64,000 bases of DNA from a virus (lineage: Duplodnaviria > Caudoviricetes), in IMG/VR virus record IMGVR_UViG_3300021387_001147, positions 23,961-87,960 of that record. One strand, given 5' to 3'. Shown one piece after another: positions 58,572 through 64,000 of the stretch. Each line of letters opens with the position of its first letter. The first letter of the stretch is position 1. The position numbers and the translations under genes are program-made. The notes beneath the pieces were generated by a model. It saw only the letters and a program-made list of their open reading frames with translations. It made no database searches and was not told the DNA's origin.

Positions 58572-59789
58572 ATGGAATTATATTCTCACCAGATTAAAGC
58601 TATAGATAAGCTTAAAAACGGTTCGATACTTTGTGGTGATGTTGGCACCGGAAAAAGTAGAACAGCGCTTGCTTACTATTACACAAAAGTGTGCGGTGGG
58701 AGTATGGAAGTTAACGATGAAGGTGCCTGGGGAGATCCAACAGCTCCTCGGGACCTTTTTATTATCACCACTGCTAAGAAACGAGATGATTGTGAATGGC
58801 TTAAAGAATGCATTCCATTTGGCATTGGTTCCGATCCAAATATCAGCATTTCAGGAATTAAGGTCACTGTAGACTCTTGGAACAACATTCGAAAATATGT
58901 AAATGTCTACGGAGCGTTTTTCATTTTTGATGAACAGAGAGTTTGCGGATATGGAGCTTGGGTAAAGGCATTCTTTAAGATCACTAAGAAAAATCAATGG
59001 ATTCTGCTTTCTGCAACTCCTGGCGATACATGGTCTGATTATATTCCTGTGTTTATAGCAAACGGATTCTACAGAAACAAAACAGACTTCAATTCACAGC
59101 ATTGCATTTTCAGCCCGTATACGAATTATCCGAAAATTGAGAAATATGTGAATATAGGCACTTTGATGAGGCACCGTCAGGAAATCTTAGTTCGGATGAA
59201 ATATCGAAAGCAGGCTGAACAGCATCATCTTTACATTCAGACACTTTATGATAAGCAATTATATTTGCAAGTTTTCAAATATCGATGGGATCCATATGAC
59301 AATGTTCCAATAGACGAAACTGGCAAATTGTGTTATCTACTTAGAAAGGTGGTGAATTCAGATATCAGCAGAATAGAAGCTGTAAGAGACATCTTGAAAG
59401 ATCATAAAAAAGTTATAGTGTTTTATAACTTCACTTATGAGCTTGAAATGTTACGAGATCTTTTTACAGCTCTTAAGATTTCGTTTACAGAGTGGAATGG
59501 ACAAAAGCATGAGACTATTTCAGATGGCGACACTTGGGGCTACTTTGTTCAGTACTCTGCTGGCTGTGAAGGTTGGAATTGTATCACTACTGACACAATT
59601 ATATTCTATTCTCAAAACTATTCATACAGAATGACTGTTCAGGCTTCTGGCAGAATAGACAGAATGAATACGCCATTTACAGATTTGTACTATTACCATT
59701 TGAAATCTTCATCGCCAATAGATTCTGCAATAGCTCGTGCTTTGCATAACAAAAAGAACTTTAACGAGAAAGGCTTTTTAGGAGGGTAA
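58572..59789 (+). CDS. SNF2-like / SF2 helicase
   Basis: DVGTGKS, FDE, LSATP, EGWN, QASGRIDR. Confidence 0.9.
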   Translation: MELYSHQIKAIDKLKNGSILCGDVGTGKSRTALAYYYTKVCGGSMEVNDEGAWGDPTAPRDLFIITTAKKRDDCEWLKECIPFGIGSDPNISISGIKVTVDSWNNIRKYVNVYGAFFIFDEQRVCGYGAWVKAFFKITKKNQWILLSATPGDTWSDYIPVFIANGFYRNKTDFNSQHCIFSPYTNYPKIEKYVNIGTLMRHRQEILVRMKYRKQAEQHHLYIQTLYDKQLYLQVFKYRWDPYDNVPIDETGKLCYLLRKVVNSDISRIEAVRDILKDHKKVIVFYNFTYELEMLRDLFTALKISFTEWNGQKHETISDGDTWGYFVQYSAGCEGWNCITTDTIIFYSQNYSYRMTVQASGRIDRMNTPFTDLYYYHLKSSSPIDSAIARALHNKKNFNEKGFLGG

Positions 59790-59931
59790 GCCATAATATT
59801 ATATTTAAAAGCAGTCTTTGCAGGTGCTATAAATTCGCAAAAATTACAAGGCGTATAATAGAAGAGAAGGGATAGAATACGGCATTTCTAGAACTTCTTT
59901 TAATTTTCGAATTATTGAGAGGTGCCTTGTA

Positions 59932-60222
59932 ATGTTAGAAAACAACTTCCAGAAGAAGATCAAAAAAGAGATAAAAGAACGATTTCCTGGTTGCTACATT
60001 TACAAGACAGATTCTCAGCAGATTCAGGGAAGTCCTGATCTTTTAATTTTGCATAAAGACAAATGGGCTGCCCTTGAAGTTAAGAAAAGCGAGAATGCAC
60101 CGCATAGACCAAATCAGGATTACAGAGTGAGGCAAATGAACGAGATGTCATATGCCTCTTTTATTTTTCCCGAAAATAAGGAGAAAGTGTTAAATGATTT
60201 GGAAAGATTATTCAAAGCTTAA
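59932..60222 (+). CDS. VRR-NUC nuclease (resolvase-like)
   Basis: GSPDLLIL..WAALEVK..RPNQ. Confidence 0.85.
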   Translation: MLENNFQKKIKKEIKERFPGCYIYKTDSQQIQGSPDLLILHKDKWAALEVKKSENAPHRPNQDYRVRQMNEMSYASFIFPENKEKVLNDLERLFKA

Positions 60223-60823
60223 GAATACTCATGCATTCTGCGGCGCTAGTAACTACAGATGGCGAAACTACGATCCTGAGAAACTGATTCAGAGCAAAGA
60301 GAATAGTTATGCTACAACTATTGGAACTCTTCTTCATGACAGAGCGGCGCATTATATTTCAAAACCGAAAAAGATGATTAAGAGTTCTAAAATCAGCATC
60401 TATGATTACTTGACAATTGATAATGACATTCCTGAGTCAGCTATCGACATCGACAGGCTGTTTCCGAACCTCATGAATTATGTGAATGAAACGATAGCCT
60501 TTGAGATGGATCCAGAAATAACATTATATTTCTCTGACAACTTTTATGGAACTGCAGATGCCATTTCATGGGAAGATGGATTGCTTAGAATATCTGACTT
60601 AAAGACAGGAGTTACTCCTGCTTCCTTTATGCAGCTTGAAAACTATGCTGTCTTCTTCTGCCTTGATTACAAGATTAAACCGTCACAGATCAAGAAACTT
60701 GAGTTTAGAATTTATCAAAACAACGAAGTACTGTTTGCTGATCCAGATCCGCACATATTGAACCCGATTATCGAGCAGGTAATTGAGTTCAATAAGATTC
60801 TTTCAGACTTCGAGAGGAGATAG
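60194..60823 (+). CDS. Cas4-like PD-(D/E)xK exonuclease
   Basis: GTLLH, GTADAI, ISDLKTG, QLENYA. Confidence 0.75.
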   Translation: MIWKDYSKLKNTHAFCGASNYRWRNYDPEKLIQSKENSYATTIGTLLHDRAAHYISKPKKMIKSSKISIYDYLTIDNDIPESAIDIDRLFPNLMNYVNETIAFEMDPEITLYFSDNFYGTADAISWEDGLLRISDLKTGVTPASFMQLENYAVFFCLDYKIKPSQIKKLEFRIYQNNEVLFADPDPHILNPIIEQVIEFNKILSDFERR

Positions 60824-60825
60824 AA

Positions 60826-63690
60826 ATGGACAATTATATTTCATCAGCAAATGACGAAATGTTAGATGAATTCTTAATGCACTATGGTGTTGGTCCTGAT
60901 GACAATCCACCTGGCAGAGGATCAGGAAGATATGCAAAAGGCAGCGGTGACAATCCGCTTCAGCACGACACTAGCATTTTGGGCGTTGTCGCAGACATGA
61001 AAAAGCAAGGCATGTCAGAGTCTGATATAGCTTTAGCGCTTGGATTTGTGAACCGTAAAGGTAAACCATCTACGACATCACTTAGAGCTGCACAGTCTAT
61101 TGCTAAAGATCAGAGAAAGCTCGATCTGTCACAAATGGTTCCAAGGTATAAAGAAAGCGGCATGAGCAATCAGGCTATAGCTTCTAAACTTGGAATCTCT
61201 GAATCGTCTGTTCGTAACTATCTTGATAAAGACAGAACAATTCAGCTTGGCAAGGCAACCAATGTTGCTAACAGACTGAAAGAAGAATTAAAAACGAAGC
61301 ATTATATTGACGTTGGTCCTGGTGTCGAGCTTGAAAACGGCGTTTCTGCTGAACGAATGAAGACAGCACTTGAGATGATGAAGCAAGAAGGATACAAGAT
61401 TCATCTCGTAAACGTCGAGCAAGTTGGAAATCCTGGGAAATACACAACGATCAAAGTAGTAGGCGAACCAGATACTGAATGGAAGACTGTTGTTCAAGAT
61501 CCAAGCCTTATAAAGCCATTTCAGAGCTATGCTCAGAATGACGGTGAAACTGTTCTTGGACTTAGACCAGTTAAGTCGATTGATTCGAAGCGAGTCTATA
61601 TTAATTACACTGATGAAAATGGTAAAGGCGGCGCTGAGAAAGACGGAACCATTGAACTTAGACGAGGCGTTGAAGACATTTCTCTTGGCAACAGTAGATA
61701 TGCTCAGGTTCGAATTGGCGTAGATGGCACTCATTACATGAAAGGTATGGCTATTTATAGTGATAACATACCTGACGGCTATGATGTTGTCTATAACACT
61801 AATAAAAAGATTGGAACTCCTCCTGAAGATGTCTTCAAACCTATGAAAAGGATTAAGAATCCAGATGGTTCTGATGGTCCAATCAATCAGGAGAATCCAT
61901 TTGGTGCTTCTATTAAGCCTTTCAATGCTGGAGGCCAGAGCTACTGTCTTGATAAGAATGGCAATCCTACTGATCAGCTTAGAGTTATCAATAAGATTAA
62001 TGATCAGGGCGACTATGCTGAGTGGTCTAAGACTATTTCGGCACAGGTTCTTGCTAAGCAACCATTACCACTTATCAGAAGACAGCTTGAGCTTACTTAC
62101 CAGGACAAAGTTGAACAGTACAATACCATCAAGTCGTTAGATAATCCAACAATCAAGAAGAAATTGCTTGAATCATTTGCCGATGATTGTGATGCTTCTG
62201 CCGTTCACCTTAAAGCTCAGGCATTTCCTGGTCAGGCTAGTCATGCTATCATACCAATTCCTTCTTTAGCCGGTGATGACAACTACAAGAAGAAGCATGG
62301 CGTTGATGGTGAGATCTATGCACCGAATTATGAGAATGGAACGACTGTTGCTCTTATACGATACCCGCATGCTGGCACATTTGAGATTCCTATTCTTAGA
62401 GTTAATAATAACAACAAAGAAGGTCGCGCTGTTCTTGGCAATGCTCCTGACGCTGTTGGAATTAATGCTAAGATTGCAGAACGATTATCAGGTGCCGACT
62501 TTGATGGTGACACTGTTTCTGTAATACCTACAACTCATACGAATATTCTTAGTACACCAAGACTTGACGGACTTAAGAACTTCGATCCTAAGATGTATAA
62601 GTTTGCTGACCCAAATGCACCTGGCATTAAGTCACAAACTAAGCAGACTGAGATGGGTAAGGTTACAAACCTGATTGCAGATATGCAGATCAAGGGTGCT
62701 AAGCCTGAAGAGATTGTAAGAGCTGTTAAACATTCCATGGTTGTTATCGATTCAGAGAAGCATCATCTTGATTACAAGGCATCCGAAGCTGACAACAGAA
62801 TTAAAGAGTTGAAAGAACTGTACCAGAGAACTCCTGAAGGTACTGGCGCTTCCACACTCATCACTCGTGCTGGATCAGAGAAGCATATTCCTGAGCGTAA
62901 GGTTGGCAGTGTTGAGATTACAGATCCTGTTACTGGCAAGACACGTAAGTATTATGGAGTTGATCCTCGTACTGGCGAGAAGATACTTGTGCCTACTGGT
63001 AATACTTATGAGAAAGATGGCAAGACAGTAACAAGAACGGAGACAGTTCCTTGGATGTCAATCAAGACTGACGCAAGAGAACTGATGTCATCACGGAGTA
63101 ATCCAAACCCGGTAGAGCTGGCTTATGCAAACTATGCTAACCGTATGAAAGCTATGGCTCTTGAAGCTAGGAAGGAAGCAGTGAATACCCCCGGACTCAA
63201 GAGAGACCCCCAGGCTGCCAGGGAGTACCGTGAAGAAGTTGATACCCTCACCTCTAAACTGAACATCGCTTTAAAGAATGCACCTAAAGAAAGGCAAGCT
63301 CAGATCATTGCTAATGTCACCTATAAGAATCAGATAGAATCTAACCCATCCCTGAAGGAGGATAAGACCTATCTGAAGAGACTACGTGGCCAGGCACTTG
63401 ACGCCGCTCGTCGACGCATTGGCGCTGGCAAAACAAGGATAGACATAACTGATAGGGAATGGGAAGCTATTCAAAAGGGTGCCATTAGTGATGCAAAGCT
63501 TAGAAAGATTCTGGATAACACCAAATCTGAAGAGATTGTTAAGCGTGCAACTCCAAGAGAAAACAAAGCTTTGTCTGCAAGCAGGGAGGCATTAGCTAAA
63601 ACAATGGCCGCCTCTGGTTACACACAGGCAGAGATAGCACAGAGACTTGGCGTGTCTGTCACTACTGTATCTAAAGCTATTAATGGTTAA
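60826..63690 (+). CDS. Putative single-chain two-barrel RNA polymerase with N- and C-terminal HTH domains
   Basis: QVR...KGM (61705-61749), RYPH (62359), GADFDGD (62491-62511), GKVTNL...VIDSEK; HTHs AIASKLGISESSVRNYL and EIAQRLGVSVTTVSKA. Confidence 0.78.
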   Translation: MDNYISSANDEMLDEFLMHYGVGPDDNPPGRGSGRYAKGSGDNPLQHDTSILGVVADMKKQGMSESDIALALGFVNRKGKPSTTSLRAAQSIAKDQRKLDLSQMVPRYKESGMSNQAIASKLGISESSVRNYLDKDRTIQLGKATNVANRLKEELKTKHYIDVGPGVELENGVSAERMKTALEMMKQEGYKIHLVNVEQVGNPGKYTTIKVVGEPDTEWKTVVQDPSLIKPFQSYAQNDGETVLGLRPVKSIDSKRVYINYTDENGKGGAEKDGTIELRRGVEDISLGNSRYAQVRIGVDGTHYMKGMAIYSDNIPDGYDVVYNTNKKIGTPPEDVFKPMKRIKNPDGSDGPINQENPFGASIKPFNAGGQSYCLDKNGNPTDQLRVINKINDQGDYAEWSKTISAQVLAKQPLPLIRRQLELTYQDKVEQYNTIKSLDNPTIKKKLLESFADDCDASAVHLKAQAFPGQASHAIIPIPSLAGDDNYKKKHGVDGEIYAPNYENGTTVALIRYPHAGTFEIPILRVNNNNKEGRAVLGNAPDAVGINAKIAERLSGADFDGDTVSVIPTTHTNILSTPRLDGLKNFDPKMYKFADPNAPGIKSQTKQTEMGKVTNLIADMQIKGAKPEEIVRAVKHSMVVIDSEKHHLDYKASEADNRIKELKELYQRTPEGTGASTLITRAGSEKHIPERKVGSVEITDPVTGKTRKYYGVDPRTGEKILVPTGNTYEKDGKTVTRTETVPWMSIKTDARELMSSRSNPNPVELAYANYANRMKAMALEARKEAVNTPGLKRDPQAAREYREEVDTLTSKLNIALKNAPKERQAQIIANVTYKNQIESNPSLKEDKTYLKRLRGQALDAARRRIGAGKTRIDITDREWEAIQKGAISDAKLRKILDNTKSEEIVKRATPRENKALSASREALAKTMAASGYTQAEIAQRLGVSVTTVSKAING

Positions 63691-63694
63691 CGTT

Positions 63695-63955
63695 ATGGAA
63701 AAAGAATTTGCTTTAACTACTTCTGACAATCCTTTTAATCCAATAAAAGACTTTGATCGTTGGTTCTTCTTTGATCAAATCGAAAAAGGTTATTGTACTT
63801 GTCAGTATTTAGATTCAATTAGTATGAGGGGAGACGGACTTGGTGACGTGCTGAACGATGAAATAATTGAAGCAGCAATCGATGAAGCTGTTCAACTTGA
63901 CTTGATTGCTCTTCGAACAGAAAACAAAGTACACTATGTCAAGGTAACTGGATAA
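63695..63955 (+). CDS. Conserved small phage protein
   Basis: LTTSDNPFNP..DFDRW..FD..KGYCTCQYL. Confidence 0.65.
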   Translation: MEKEFALTTSDNPFNPIKDFDRWFFFDQIEKGYCTCQYLDSISMRGDGLGDVLNDEIIEAAIDEAVQLDLIALRTENKVHYVKVTG

Positions 63956-64000
63956 GTGACAGGGGGAGGGGCACCCAAAATTAACCCCTCCTCCCTACAT

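Noticed and set aside
60194-60823. cas4 as part of a CRISPR-Cas system
   Set aside because: Stand-alone phage PD-(D/E)xK nuclease in replication context; no cas1/cas2 or array.
61288-62061. 257-aa minus-strand ORF and other antisense or overlapping ORFs in the track
   Set aside because: They lie opposite or within well-supported genes, lack an RBS and show no recognisable motifs.
1-64000. DGR reverse transcriptase, template repeat, group II intron or retron
   Set aside because: No YxDD RT motif in a plausible ORF and no AAC-rich copy of the VR found by eye.
1-64000. tRNA/rRNA genes
   Set aside because: No cloverleaf with TTC(G/A)A T-loop and CCA recognised; tRNAscan-SE would be needed to exclude them fully.
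1-64000. Alternative genetic code (stop recoding)
   Set aside because: Long genes are intact under code 11 with TAA, TAG and TGA all used as stops.

Overview
A 64-kb stretch of a temperate, AT-rich Firmicutes (Clostridia/Lachnospiraceae-like) siphovirus genome, nearly all on the + strand. Layout: (1) 1-16.7 kb holds tail and adhesin genes, a DGR-type CLec target gene whose avd/TR/RT cassette seems to have been deleted, an amidase endolysin, a 7-gene Cys/Gln/ferritin-like module and holins. (2) 16.7-18.1 kb holds an apparently intact attP and a tyrosine integrase (the only substantial minus-strand gene). (3) 18.1-37.7 kb is an array of about 35 mostly monocistronic cassettes, each built as hairpin + T-tract + conserved non-sigmaA promoter-like motif (CGCA-N5-WACA-N5-TAWWAT) + RBS + small ORF, or a structured ORF-less RNA. 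(4) 37.7-53.7 kb holds small hypothetical genes plus nrdG, thyX, two glycosyltransferases, an FNT channel and a HicB-DUF3310 fusion. (5) 53.7-64 kb holds a putative origin, a helicase-primase-PolB fusion, SSB, SNF2 helicase, VRR-NUC, a Cas4-like nuclease and a 954-aa protein with two-barrel RNA polymerase motifs (QxR..KG, RYP, GADFDGD) flanked by HTH domains. The best candidate for an undescribed system links three observations: the phage RNAP, the promoter-cassette array, and four small stand-alone paralogs of the RNAP's post-catalytic helical module located inside that array. All calls come from reading motifs by eye; no database searches were run.
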